Shown here: piece after piece, positions 1 to 13,164 of the stretch
Position numbering within the stretch: position 1 is the first letter of the stretch
How the letters are laid out: each line of letters opens with the position of its first letter
Assembly: GCA_002269645.1 (NCBI GenBank)
Contig: NIVC01000350.1
Span: forward strand, 248,001-312,000
DNA from: Macrostomum lignano
Lineage: Eukaryota
Reading direction: 5' to 3'
DNA length: 64,000 nucleotides
Notes under the pieces: generated by a model
What the model saw: only the letters and a program-made list of their open reading frames with translations
The model's database searches: none
What the model was told of the DNA's origin: nothing
Translations under genes and position numbers: made by a program

Positions 1-3000
1 CGCTTCTATGATTGTTTACATGACGCTTCTATGATTGTTACATGACGCTTCTATGATTGTTTACATGACGCTTCTATGATTGTTTACATGACGCTTCTAT
101 GATTGTTTACATGACGCTTCTATGATTGTTTACATGACGCTTCTATGATTGTTTACATGACGCTTCTATGATTTTTTACATGACGCTTCTATGATTGTTT
201 ACATGACGCTTCTATGATTGTTTACATGACGCTTCTATGATTGTTTACATGACGCTTCTATGATTTTTTACATGACGCTTCTACGATTTTTTACATGACG
301 CTTCTATGATTGTTTGCATGACGCTTCTATGATTGTTTACATGACGCTTCTATGATTGTTTACATGACGCTTCTATGATTTTTATATGACGTTTCTATGA
401 TTGTTTACATGACGCTTCTATGATTGTTTACATGACGCTTCTATGATTGTTTACATGACGCTTCTATGATTTTTTACATGGCGCTTGTATGATTGTTTAC
501 ATGACGCTTCTATGATTGTTTACATGACGCTTCTATGATTGTTTACATGACGCTTCTATGATTTTTTACATGACGCTTCTACGATTTTTTACATGACGCT
601 TCTATGATTGTTTTCATGACGCTTCTATGATTGTTTACATGACGCTTCTAAGATTTTTTACATGACGCTTCTACGATTTTTACATGACGCTTTTATGATT
701 TTTTACATGACGCTTCTACGGTTTTTATATGACGCTTCTATGATTTTTTACATGACGCTTCTATGATTGTTTACATGACGCTTCTATGATTTTTTACATG
801 GCGCTTCTATGATTGTTTACATGACGCTTCTATGATTTTTACATGACGCTTCTACGATTTTTTACATGACGCTTTTATGATTGTTTACATGACGCTTCTA
901 TGATTGTTTACATGACGCTTCTATGATTGTTTACATGACGCTTCTATGATTTTTTACATGACGCTTCTACGATTTTTACATGACGCTTTTATGATTGTTT
1001 ACATGACGCTTCTACGATTTTTATATGACGCTTCTATGATTTTTTACATGACGCTTCTATGATTTTTTACATGACGCTTCTATGATTGCTTACATGACGC
1101 TTCTATGATTTTTACATGGCGCTTGTATGATTGTTTACATGACGCTTCTATGATTGTTTACATGACGCTTCTATGATTGTTTACATGACGCTTCTAAGAT
1201 TTTTTACATGACGCTTCTACGATTTTTTACATGACGCTTCTATGATTGTTTTCATGACGCTTCTATGATTGTTTACATGACGCTTCTAAGATTTTTTACA
1301 TGACGCTTCTACGATTTTTACATGACGCTTTTATGATTGTTTACATGACGCTTCTACGATTTTTATATGACGCTTCTATGATTTTTTACATGACGCTTCT
1401 ATGATTTTTTACATGACGCTTCTACGATTGTTTACATGACGCTTCTATGATTTTTTACATGACGCTTCTATGATTGTTTACATGACGCTTCTATGATTGT
1501 TTACATGACGCTTCTAAGATTTTTTACATGACGCTTCTACGATTATTTACATGACGCTTTATGATTGTTTACATGACGCTTCTATGATTGTTTACATGAC
1601 GCTTCTATGATTGTTTACATGACGCTTCTATGATTTTTTACATGACGCTTCTATGATTTTTTACATGACGCTTCTATGATTGTTTACATGACGCTTCTAT
1701 GATTGTTAACATGACGCTTCTATGATTGTTTACATGACGCTTCTATGATTGTTTACATGACGCTTCTATGATTTTTTACATGACGCTTCTATGATTGTTT
1801 ACATGACGCTTCTATGATTGTTTACATGACGCTTCTATGATTTTTTACATGACGCTTCTATGATTGTTTACATGACGCTTCTATGATTGTTTACATGACG
1901 CTTCTATGATTGTTTACATGACGCTTCTATGATTTTTTACATGACGCTTCTACGATTTTTTACATGACGCTTCTAAGATTTTTTACATGACGCTTCTATG
2001 ATTGTTTACATGACGCTTCTAAGATTTTTTACATGACGCTTCTACGATTTTTTACATGACGCTTCTATGATTGTTTACAGTACGCTTCTATGATTTTTTA
2101 CATGGCGCTTGTATGATTGTTTACATGACGCTTCTATGATTGTTTACATGACGCTTCTATGATTGTTTACATGACGCTTCTAAGATTTTTTACATGACGC
2201 TTCTACGATTTTTTACATGACGCTTCTATGATTGTTTTCATGACGCTTCTATGATTGTTTACATGACGCTTCTAAGATTTTTTACATGACGCTTCTACGA
2301 TTTTTACATGACGCTTTTATGATTTTTTACATGACGCTTCTACGGTTTTTATATGACGCTTCTATGATTTTTTACATGACGCTTCTATGATTTTTTACAT
2401 GACGCTTCTATGATTGTTTACATGACGCTTCTATGATTTTTTACATGGCGCTTCTATGATTGTTTACATGACGCTTCTATGATTGTTTACATGACGCTTC
2501 TAAGATTTTTTACATGACGCTTCTACGATTTTTTACATGACGCTTTTTTGATTGTTTACATGACGCTTCTATGATTGTTTACATGACGCTTCTATGATTG
2601 TTTACATGACGCTTCTATGATTTTTTACATGACGCTTCTACGATTTTTTACATGACGCTTTTATGATTGTTTACATGACGCTTCTACGATTTTTATATGA
2701 CGCTTCTATGATTTTTTACATGACGCTTCTATGATTTTTTACATGACGCTTCTATGATTGCTTACATGACGCTTCTATGATTTTTTACATGGCGCTTGTA
2801 TGATTGTTTACATGACGCTTCTATGATTGTTTACATGACGCTTCTATGATTGTTTACATGACGCTTCTAAGATTTTTTACATGACGCTTCTACGATTTTT
2901 TACATGACGCTTCTATGATTGTTTTCATGACGCTTCTATGATTGTTTACATGACGCTTCTAAGATTTTTTACATGACGCTTCTACGATTTTTACATGACG

Positions 3001-3785
3001 CTTTATGATTGTTTACATGACGCTTCTACGATTTTTATATGACGCTTCTATGATTTTTTACATGACGCTTCTATGATTTTTTACATGACGCTTCTACGAT
3101 TGTTTACATGACGCTTCTATGATTTTTTACATGGCGCTTCTATGATTGTTTACATGACGCTTCTATGATTGTTTACATGACGCTTCTAAGATTTTTTACA
3201 TGACGCTTCTACGATTATTTACATGACGCTTTTATGATTGTTTACATGACGCTTCTATGATTGTTTACATGACGCTTCTATGATTGTTTACATGACGCTT
3301 CTATGATTTTTTACATGACGCTTCTATGATTTTTTACATGACGCTTCTATGATTGTTTACATGACGCTTCTATGATTGTTAACATGACGCTTCTATGATT
3401 GTTTACATGACGCTTCTATGATTGTTTACATGACGCTTCTATGATTTTTTACATGACGCTTTTATGATTGTTTACATGACGCTTCTATGATTGTTTACAT
3501 GACGCTTCTATGATTTTTTACATGACGCTTCTATGATTGTTTACATGACGCTTCTATGATTGTTTACATGACGCTTCTATGATTGTTTACATGACGCTTC
3601 TAAGATTTTTTACATGACGCTTCTACGATTTTTTACATGACGCTTCTAAGATTTTTTACATGACGCTTCTATGATTGTTTACATGACGCTTCTAAGATTT
3701 TTTACATGACGCTTCTACGATTTTTTACATGACGCTTTTATGATTGTTTACATGACGCTTCTACGATTTTTATATGACGCTTCTT
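1..3785. repeat. 23-bp satellite (ATGACGCTTCTATGATTGTTTAC), about 164 copies, runs off the window start
   Basis: Directly visible tandem array; main variants ATTGTTTAC versus ATTTTTTAC. Confidence 0.98.
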
Positions 3786-4593
3786 TTTAAAAAGTCTTTT
3801 AGTTTTCCTGACGTTGAAAAGCTTTAATTAAAATAATTATACTCAAATTCAAACCATCGAAAATTCAAACCATCGTCACTGCATTTAGCAGTTCAGTTTG
3901 TTCACCTTTAGGCTAGCTCTCATCGTTTTGATAACATCAACTTTTGCACTTCCTATCCTATATACTAAAAATGGTCTGTCTGTGTCTATCTATCTATCTA
4001 TCTATCTATCTATGTGATCGATTAGAGAAAAAATGGCTGGACCGATTTTGTTCGAACTTGCACTGTTCGATCAGAAATTTTCCCGTGACTGTACATGCAT
4101 CGTGGCTAAGAAATTGCTCGATGCTAAAGGCATTAAATATTCGAAAAACATGCTTTTTTGCAAAGGTCAAGCAAACTTTTCGACTTGAAATGCATTGTAA
4201 GAATGCTAGAGAAAAAACTGACTGGTTGAATTCTGATTCTGAAATAGATTGCATCATCACTGAATTGTAACTCCGACTTGAATTGAAAATGCAGTGTGGA
4301 AGCGTAGCACAAGACTTGATTTAAATTGCGTAACCATATTGTTAACTGATACTGACTGACTGAGAAACTGATTATGTCATAACTGCTTCGTGTGATTTAC
4401 TCTATGCTTGGATTTTAAACTTTTGAATTATATATATAAGTGCAAAATTTGATGTTATCAAAACGATGAGAGCTAGCCTAGAGGTGAACAAACTGAACTG
4501 CTAAATGCAGCGACGATGGTTCGAATTTTCATAGAGTATAATTTTTTTATTAAAGCTTTTCAACGTCAGGAAAACTAAAAGACTTTTTAAAAA
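3786..4593. repeat. Inverted repeat: ~165-bp unique arms at 3786-3951 and 4438-4593 flanking a ~490-bp spacer
   Basis: TTTTTAAAAAGTCTTTTAGTTTTCCTGACG...TTTTGCACTT is the reverse complement of AAGTGCAAAA...CGTCAGGAAAACTAAAAGACTTTTTAAAAA, with a few substitutions and one small duplication. Confidence 0.95.
3956..4437 (+). mobile_element. Non-autonomous interspersed repeat, Helitron/HINE-like, copy 1
   Basis: Starts TCCTATATACTAAAAATG, followed by a GTCT/ATCT microsatellite and AAATGGCTGGACCGATTTT, a layout I associate with Helitron-derived elements. A second near-identical copy is at 6294-6760. Repeat status is certain; the superfamily is inference. Confidence 0.5.
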
Positions 4594-5130
4594 GAAGCGT
4601 CATGTAAAAATCATAGAAGCGTCATGTAAACAATCATAGAAGCGTCATGCAAAAAATCGTAGAAGCGTCATATAAAAATCATAGAAGCGTCATGTAAAGA
4701 ATCATAGAAGCGTCATGTAAAAAATCATAGAAGCGTCATGTAAACAATCATAGAAGCGTCATGTAAAAATCATTGAAGCGTCATGTAAAAAATCGTAGAA
4801 GCGTCATATAAAAATCATAGAAGCGTCATGTAAAGAATCATAGAAGCGTCATGTAAACAATCATAGCAGCGTCATGTAAACAATCATAGAAGCGTCATGT
4901 AAACAATTATAGAAGCGTCATTTAAAAAATCATAGAAGCGTCATGTAAAAAATCAGAGAAGCGTCACGTAAAAAATCGTAGAAGCGTCATTTAAAAATCA
5001 TAGAAGCGTCATTTAAAAAAATCATAGAAGCGTCATGTAAACAATCAGAGAAGCGTCATGTAAAAAATCATAGAAGCGTCATATAAAAATCATAGAAGCG
5101 TCAAGAAAAAAGTCATAGAAGCCTCATTTA
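4594..5130. repeat. Reverse-orientation, more degenerate block of the same 23-bp satellite
   Basis: GTAAACAATCATAGAAGCGTCAT units are the reverse complement of the 1-3785 monomer. Confidence 0.95.
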
Positions 5131-6012
5131 AAAACTAATGAAAGTGTCATTTAAAAAATTAAGAAGCATCATGGTAGAATAAAAGAAGCGTCATGTCAGA
5201 CATGAAGGGTGTCATGTAAAATTAAATGCAGCTATAATGCTGTGCTGGGGAGAAAAACTGAGACGTGAAGGCTCTCAGAGAATAACTACGCTCGTAAGAT
5301 TACGAGGGGGGTTTCTGAGATGTCAAAGCAATAGTCAGAAGCTACTTCAAAGTTCATGTACTTTACTCAATTTTTTTATTGCATTCTTTGTTAACTCGCC
5401 ACGGGGGGGGGCGCTGATAGAAGAAGAGTCATGTAAAAAATAAAAGTAGCACTATGTATACATAAAAGAAAAGTCATGTCGAAGTTAAAAGATTCATTTG
5501 GGAATTGCTACGATGTCAAAGCTTGGTGGAAATCGTTATAGTGCTGTGATTCTTAAAGAAGGAATCACTAAAATTTCAAGGCTTAGGGGAGTAGAATTGC
5601 TGAGATTTCAAGGCTTTAGGTTGGGTTAAAGTTAGGTTTAGGTCAGGTGTGGGTTGAGGGTAATATTTTATCGGGTTTCAAGGTTAACAGAATAACAGGG
5701 GATTTTTTAGATTTCAAGGTTTATGGGGGGAATAGCTGAGATGTCAAGGCTCACGGGGGTATAAATGAGACTTCAAGGCTAAAGTCAGAAGCTACATGTA
5801 GTTTATTGAAAACTTTTTATTACATTATTTGATGCCTCCTCAGGGAAGGGATCGCTGATAAAAAAAGCGTAATGTAAAAAATAAAAGAAGCTTCATGTCG
5901 AAGTTAAGAGATTCATTTGGGAATCCCTACGATGTCGAGGCTTGCAGGGAATCGCTATAATGCTGTATAGTGCTATAATGACTCTTAGAGAGGATTACTG
6001 ACATTTCAATGT

Positions 6013-6072
6013 TAGGTTAGGGTTAGGGTTAGGGTTAGGGCTAGGGTTAGGGATAGGGTTAGGCTAGGGTTA
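6013..6072 (+). repeat. Short interstitial telomere-like (TTAGGG)n tract
   Basis: GTTAGGTTAGGGTTAGGGTTAGGGTTAGGGCTAGGGTTAGGGATAGGGTTAGG. Confidence 0.75.
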
Positions 6073-6293
6073 GAAGGTTGACAGATATTTTTAGATTTCC
6101 AAGGCTTATTGGGGGCATTGCTGAGATGTCAAGGGGGGGAAGTTGATATGTTAAAGCTTGTGGGGGGGAATTACTGACATGTCAAGGCTTACAAGGTTTG
6201 ACAGGAGATTTTTTAAGATTTCAAGGATATATGTAGCTTATTAAAAAAACGTGTATTGCATTTCTTCGGCTCCCCAACGGGGGGCGTAGATTG

Positions 6294-6760
6294 CTAGTAT
6301 ATAACTCAAAACTTTTAAATCCAAGCATAGAGTAAATCACACGAAGCAGTTATGACATAATCAGTTTCTCAGTCAGTCAGTATCAGTTAACAATATGGTT
6401 ACGCAATTTAAATCAAGTCTGGCGCTACGCTTCCACACTGCATTTTCAATTCAAGTCGGAGTTACAATTCAGTTATGATGCAATCTATTTCAGAGTCAGA
6501 ATTCAACCAGTCAGTTTTTTCTCTAGCATTCTTACAATGCATTTCAAGTCAAAAAGTTTGCTTGACCTTTGCAAAAAAGCATGTTTTTCGAATATTTAAT
6601 GCCTTTAGCATCGAGCAATTTCTTAGCCACGATGCATGTACCGTCACGGGAAAATTTCTGATCGAACAGTGCAAGTTCGAACAAAATCGGTCCAGCCATT
6701 TTTTCTCTAATCTATCACATATATATATATATATAGACATCACATTTTTAGTATATAGGA
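6294..6760 (-). mobile_element. Helitron/HINE-like repeat, copy 2 (inverted relative to copy 1)
   Basis: Reverse complement of 3956-4437; ORF-track peptides 4006..4260(-) and 6475..6795(+) are almost identical; on the minus strand it ends in ...TATATACTAG. Confidence 0.5.
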
Positions 6761-7128
6761 GAAAGCGACTTCACCTTGTGCTTGATATAAGGTGAATTCG
6801 AAACTTTGTATATTGTTTAGAGATTTTTGGAGGCAACTAAGTTTTTAGGCCTAGTGTAAAACGTGAATCCTTTAGCTTATCTAAAAAGTAGACTCCGGGC
6901 CTATCGACCGTTTACATTGTCACAGTATTACCACTATCTTGTCAATCAATCTAGCACAAGGCGTCTAAAGCAGGACCTTGACTAACTAGTCATTACAATA
7001 AAGCACTCGTAGGCCCTACAACTACAAGACTAACAAGCTCACCTCAGAGTCAGAGTAGGCGGCTGTAGGCCTAGGTCGATATATTATCGTCTATCATACA
7101 AGGACCTCACTTGTGTCAAATAAACCGA

Positions 7129-10100
7129 ATGCAATCTTGTTTAAGAAGGCGACCAACTCGTCGTTGCACAATCTTAGTGACAGTTTGGAGCTGTTTAGCA
7201 GTTGTGCTTTTTTACCTTCGAGCTAATCGGAACACTAATCATCCTAAAATGGCCGATCTCAGCCTGTCAGCAAACTTACTAAATTCTCACTTTTATTGGC
7301 CTATTCTTGATGTTGTTCAACGTGCTCGCATATATCCTGATGGTAAACAGTTTGTGGACATGGTGCTTAAGCATCCTATTGATGAAGTGATTAAAGACTT
7401 TGAGCTTCGTGGTCTAAGTACCAAATCTAACAAAGAAGATATAGCTAAGTTTGTTGAAGACAATTATTTGCCTGCAGGAAGTGATGTTAAAGCAGTTGTA
7501 CCACCTGATTGGCAGCCAGATTCTATCAATAGACTAGCTGAGTCATTGGCAAAAGAACCAGCAATGGCTAATTGGGTTCAAAGTTTACATAAACTTTGGC
7601 GTTCACTTGCTAAAGAAGCTATTCTAAGTTCAAGTTCTATTCCTCATTTATCAAGCCTTATAATGCCAAGTGGTACTGATTCAAACTGGTTTATTGTGCC
7701 TGGAGGCAGGTTCCGAGAGCTTTTTTATTGGGATACATATTGGACTATGCAAGGCTTAGCAGTGTCAGGCATGCATTCAACAATGAAATCAATACTAAAC
7801 ATTATGTTGGCCTTTGTTACTCAGCTTGGATATATACCAAACTGTAATCGAGTTTATTGTTTGAACCGAAGCCAGCCTCCTATGCTTTGCCTAATGTTTG
7901 AAACCTATTTAAAAGCAACAAATGATATGGTAAGTTATATTATTATTTATAAATTGCTATTGCTTTAATATAATATATATTAAAATTCAATATAAGTATA
8001 GTTGTAACTTTATAGGTTAGATAGTTCATTTTTAATTTTATAATGGGCTATATTAGTTTTATAAGCATAAAATAAATGAAGTAATATGTAGACCTAAATA
8101 AATATTGCAAAAAATTTAAGGCTTATAGCATTTATTTTTTCCTAAAAATTAAACAAGGACTAGGCCTATCCTTTCATGATGTAATGTTATAATATATATT
8201 AATTATTTATTTTCTAGATCTATACCTACTATTAATGTTATTGTTTTTTCTATTATTCTACTATTTGCTAATATTCATATTATTTTTTAAAGGTTTACTT
8301 AATGCCATATTGCTTTATAATCTAGGTGAAAAGGCATTTTGTATTTTAATATACCTATAAATATAATTCCTTCTGCCATTTATCTATAGCAATAAAATTT
8401 AATAGGATAGGCCTAATATACTATATATTTCGTAGACAATATCTACTTTTGCATACTTAGCATAGGCATCAAACAGTTTCATAGCTAGCAATATTGTTTA
8501 TCTTAGTGCTAACAATAGTCTTTGTAGGGGGCATAGCCTAGTGGTCTAGCAATGGCACTCTTATAAGCTAACATTCTAGGCTTAACTCCCAAGTGCAGAC
8601 ACATTATTTGTGGCTAAATTGGAAACTTGGCTTAGGGCCAACCCCCAAGACACAATGAAGAAATGCACATGTCTAATAATAAACAAAGTTACTGTACACT
8701 CCTGTGTAAGTGTGTATTTGTGCCTACAACTGTGTATATATCTGCGTACTTGTGTGCCTGCTCAAGGGATTCAGTGGAATGGGCAGTAATGCCTCTCACT
8801 AGTTATGTGACAATGTTGCTTAAAGTTTACCTGGATGTGCAAAGCCCCCTACCTCTAATAAAAAAGAAGTTTATAATATGGGTACATTGGCAACAAATTT
8901 CAAATTTGTACCTCCAAATGGCTAAATGCCTCCAAGCCACTTTAGTTATCTAGACTTGCACTTATTTCAATACCCTCTACCAGGCTTTCCTGCGCGAGAA
9001 TTATCACCTGCTTGAGCGCGAATATGACTGGTGGATGAGCGAGCGCACCTCCACTGTGGTAATTGACTATAAGTACTCTTATGCAATGAATCACTATGGA
9101 TCCACTGAGTCATCCCGACCCAGGCCAGAGTCTTATCGCGAGGATTGGGAAACTGCGTCTGGTTCTGGTGAGCCTGAGCACATATACGCTGAGCTGGCTG
9201 CTGCCTGCGAGTCTGGCCAAGACTTCTCTAGCCGATGGATGGCCAAACCAGATAGTTTGGCCTCGGTTGAGACTAGCCATATTGTGCCAGTTGATCTCAA
9301 CGCTATTATGCACAGGAATGAGCAGCTGCTCAGCGAGTGGGCCGGCCTGCTTGGGTTTAAGGTATGAGGAAGTTGTTTTACAGCTTTTTATGGTTGGTTG
9401 CTATGCGATTGATTGGTGATCATTTGGTTGGTTGCTATGCAGTCGGTGATCATTTGGTTGGTTGCTATGCAGTCGGTGATCATTTGGTTGGTTGCTATGG
9501 AGTCGGTGATCATTTAGTTGGTTGCTACGCGATTGGTGATCATTTGGTTAGTTGCTATGCGATTGATTGGTGATCTGCTATGCGATTGATTGGTGATCAT
9601 TTGGTTGGTTGCTACGTGATTGGTGATCATTTGGTTGGTTACCATGCAATTGATTGGTGATCATTTGGTTGGTTACCATGCAATTGATTGGTGATCATTT
9701 GGTTGGTTACCATGTAATTGATTGGTGATCATTTGGTTGGTTACCATGCAATTGATTGGTGATCATTTGGTTGGTTACCATGTAATTGATTGGTGATCAT
9801 TTGGTTGGTTACCATGCAATTGATTGGTGATCATTTGGTTGATTGCTATGCGATTGATTGGTGATCATTTGGTTGCTATGTTATTGGTTGGTGACCGTCT
9901 GGTTGGTTGCTATGCGGTAGATGGCCAACCCATAGTACCTACGTCTACATTTTCGTTATCCTAGTTGCTAATAGCTAACTCTCGCCAATAGTTTACATTT
10001 TACAACCTTCGAGCTAACTTATCCATATTAAACGAACGCGCAGCCATGCAAAAACCACCCCAAGGCCAAGATGCACCTGTACGCTGATTCAGCCGAGATA

Positions 10101-10631
10101 CGTATAAACGCTATTCGCAACGTATTGTGGAACAACGCCACAGGCTGTTGGTTCGACTGGCATCTGGAGAAACAGGCGCCAGTTAGTAACCGGTTCTACG
10201 CGTCAAACCTGGTGCCCCTGTTCACCGGTTCCACGCACAGTCCGGAGACCACGGTGCCGCAGGTGTTAGATTATCTGGACAAGAGCGGCGCCCTGGTCTA
10301 TCCTGCCGGCGTGCCTTTCTCCCTGTCCGGCAACCAGTCGCATCAGCAGTGGGATTTTCCCAATGTGTGGCCGCCCTATCAGCACATGCTGGTGACTGGA
10401 CTAGCCAACACGAGCAATAAGCGAGCGAGGCAGCTGGCGCGGCGCCTGGCAACCGGCTGGCTGCGCGCCGGACTGGCCGCCTGGCGGCGCGACGGCGTTA
10501 TGCACGAGAAATACGATTGTCGGCTGGCCGACGGCGGCGCCGGTTCGGGCGGCGAGTACGCCAGCCAGATTGGCTTCGGCTGGACTAACGGAGCTGTGCT
10601 GGACCTGCTGTCGAAAGGCCTGCTTGACTAA
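7129..10631 (+). CDS. Treh: Trehalase (GH37), ~581 aa; exons 7129-7929, 8984-9361, ~10065-10631 (in-frame alternative acceptors at 10044 and 10071)
   Basis: Motifs PGGRFRELFYWDTY, NRSQPP, ESGQDFSSRW (catalytic Asp), QWDFPNVWPP and GGEY...GFGWTNG (catalytic Glu). GT-AG boundaries give phase-0 joins; N-terminal hydrophobic anchor. Confidence 0.93.
8527..8868 (+). mobile_element. tRNA-derived SINE, copy A (trehalase intron 1)
   Basis: tRNA-like head GGGGGCATAGCCTAGTGG (A-box) ... GGCTTAACTCC (degenerate B-box); tail CCCCTACCTCTAATAAAAAA; colinear homolog at 28201-28574 on the minus strand. Confidence 0.7.
9385..9915. repeat. Degenerate ~30-34-bp minisatellite (GGTGATCATTTGGTTGGTTGCTATGC..) in trehalase intron 2
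   Basis: Visible tandem array starting about 20 nt after the donor. Confidence 0.9.
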
Positions 10632-10959
10632 CGCTGTAGGCCATCTGTTTGCTTTCGAACTAGTCGATTTTAAATAGATTGTAAATGAAACCTGGCAGTT
10701 ATGTGCTGGATTGAATCAATTCTCCAACTGTTCTATTCCAGGGCAAAATTATTTTGTAATTGATTAATTGTAAATTTGTAGCCCATGTTTTAAATCAGTA
10801 AAATCATAAAATGGTATTTTATTTAGGTTTGTTCCTCTTTCAGCTTTATAAGTTTAAGACAGACAGACACACAAAGTTTTCATTTTATAGGTATAAGATA
10901 GATTTCTGTAGCTAGCATTTGTACTTGTTTATTTCAGTAGATGATATCTTCGATTATCA

Positions 10960-11610
10960 TATGGCCGGGCCCGTGGGGGAATAAATACGTTTTTGTAGTC
11001 TATGGCCGGGCCCGTGGGGGAATAAATACGTTTTTGTAGTCTATGGCCGGGCCCAAGTAGGGAATAAATACGTTTTTGTAGTCTATGGCCGGGCCCAAGT
11101 AGGGAATAAATACGGTTTTGTAGTCTATGGCCGGGCCCAAGTAGGGAATAAATACGGTTTTGTAGTCTATGGCCGGGCCCAAGTAGGGAATAAATACGTT
11201 TCTGTAGTCTATGGCCGGGCCCAAGTAGGAAATAAATACGTTTCTGTAGTCTATGGCCGGGCCCAAGTAGGGAATAAATACGTTTCTGTAGTCTATGGCC
11301 GGGCCCAAGTAGGGAATAAATACGTTTCTGTAGTCCATAGCCGGGCCCAAGTGGAGAATAAATACGTTTCTGTAGTCTATGGCCGGGCCCAAGTAGGGAA
11401 TAAATACGTTTCTGTAGTCTATGGCCGGGCCCAAGTGGAGAATAAATACGTTTCTGTAGTCTATGACCGGGCCCAAGTGGGGAATAAATACGTTTCTGTA
11501 GTCTATGGCCGGGCCCAAGTGATGAATAAATACGTTTCTGTAGTCTATGGCCGGGCCCAAGTGATGAATAAATACGTTTCTGTTTTCTATGGCCGGGCCC
11601 AAGTGGAGAG
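10960..11610. repeat. 42-bp minisatellite (GTCTATGGCCGGGCCCAAGTAGGGAATAAATACGTTTCTGTA), ~15 copies
   Basis: Visible array; 14-aa periodicity in the ORF track. Confidence 0.95.
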
Positions 11611-13164
11611 TAAATACATTTTGGTAGTTTGAACGGTAAAAAATGGCAGTCGACGTGGGTCTGCTTGTAGACTATCGCTTTCGCGCTTTTCATCCTTTCT
11701 GACGGCCTGCACCGCAGTGCCATAGACAGTTACCCAGCTGCATTATACATAAGCATAAAGAGCTTGCCCATAACATTACTTGTAGGAACATTTCGCTATT
11801 TCTCTAAGTTTCTTTGCTTAATTTTTATACAATTTTATTTACGCTGGCAATTTTCCTCTTTATAAATGTCAGATTATTGTTTCCGAGAAACTATTTAAGC
11901 GCAACTAACTTTCATCAAACCTTAGGTGAGGGAAAATTAAATAGCTCAAGTATCTTATGTATTACTGTGGTATACTGGTTTTCGATAAGTTTATCCTACT
12001 AATTCGGTTTTTAATGAAAATACATAATGCTGCCATCGAACCTGTTGTTACTATGTTTTGATATCAGTTTTAGCAGATCCTTAAAGTTAAATAACACAAA
12101 AATGACTTTCTCAAGACTGAAGGCGTTTTTAAACACAATTAAATGTCCTTAATTAAAACAAAACGGTGTCAGAAATAACCAAAGATACTACACAACTGAT
12201 ATGTACTTTTTTTAACAATTTGACTAATAAAATGTTACGAGGGTAAGTAGGTAATTTGCATTTGTATCGCAGTAGCATAAGAAATACAGTGTAAAAAAGA
12301 ATTACAAAGCGTCTCAGAGTAAAAAGTCAAGGCTAAATAAGCAAATTAAAATTTAAAGTTAAGCGTGATCAAAGCGGGTGAATTTGTGCATTCTTTAATT
12401 AATATAAATGATGAATCGCAAACCACAAAATTTAGTGTAAAGCAAACAACTAACAAAGAAGCTTACTGCATACAATTGTATATAGTCTATACAAAACAAA
12501 ATCACTGCAGTAATTAACATCGTACCTGGTAAATAAATCAAAACGCAATGTTGCCGCTTTAATAACAATCAATGATAAATTTGCATTAAGCCCGAAGATT
12601 TACTGCACATCTTGCTCGCTGCACGCTTGGGCATCAAGAGAAGCATACTCAATATTTATATATGTATACATCTGCTGTGCAGGGAAACAAAGGAAACACA
12701 AGGAAAAATGCCGAATGATTGGGGAAGAGTGCGAGACACACAGCGAGGTGGACTGCATGGTGCTCGGTGCATTGGTTGTCAGTTAAAAAAATTGTGTTCA
12801 GGATTAAATAAAAACAATGAGCATTTTCCAAGGCGAAACTGCTTTCGAAGGTAAAAGAAACAAAACTAATTGCAATACTCGTAACCATTGTACACAAAAT
12901 AAATAAATAACGTATAGCTTGGTCCACTTAAAAAGTATAGGCATAGGCCTGTGGAGAAGTGCAAAAATTAACATTTTTCTTTTAAGAAGAAAAATTGCAG
13001 GCGATTGGAATGAAGTTCTGAGTTTTTTGCTTCAAACCACAATGATGCTAACACCGACCAGTTTGCATTTCAATTCACTAATATCGTATATATACAGGGA
13101 CCTGAAGCAATAACAGAACTCTTGCTAAATTTACTAGTATCAACTGCCAGGTGCCACAGATTGA

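Noticed and set aside
10929-11723. Repeat-peptide ORFs here and at 36385, 38089-38530, 49619, 57106, 58001, 61821-62264 and 63070-63572
   Set aside because: All are translations of mini- or microsatellites.
12649-12927. Minus-strand ORF with a hydrophobic start and faint C-type-lectin-like Cys spacing
   Set aside because: Starts at GTG, AT-rich, no further exons or WIGL-type motif found.
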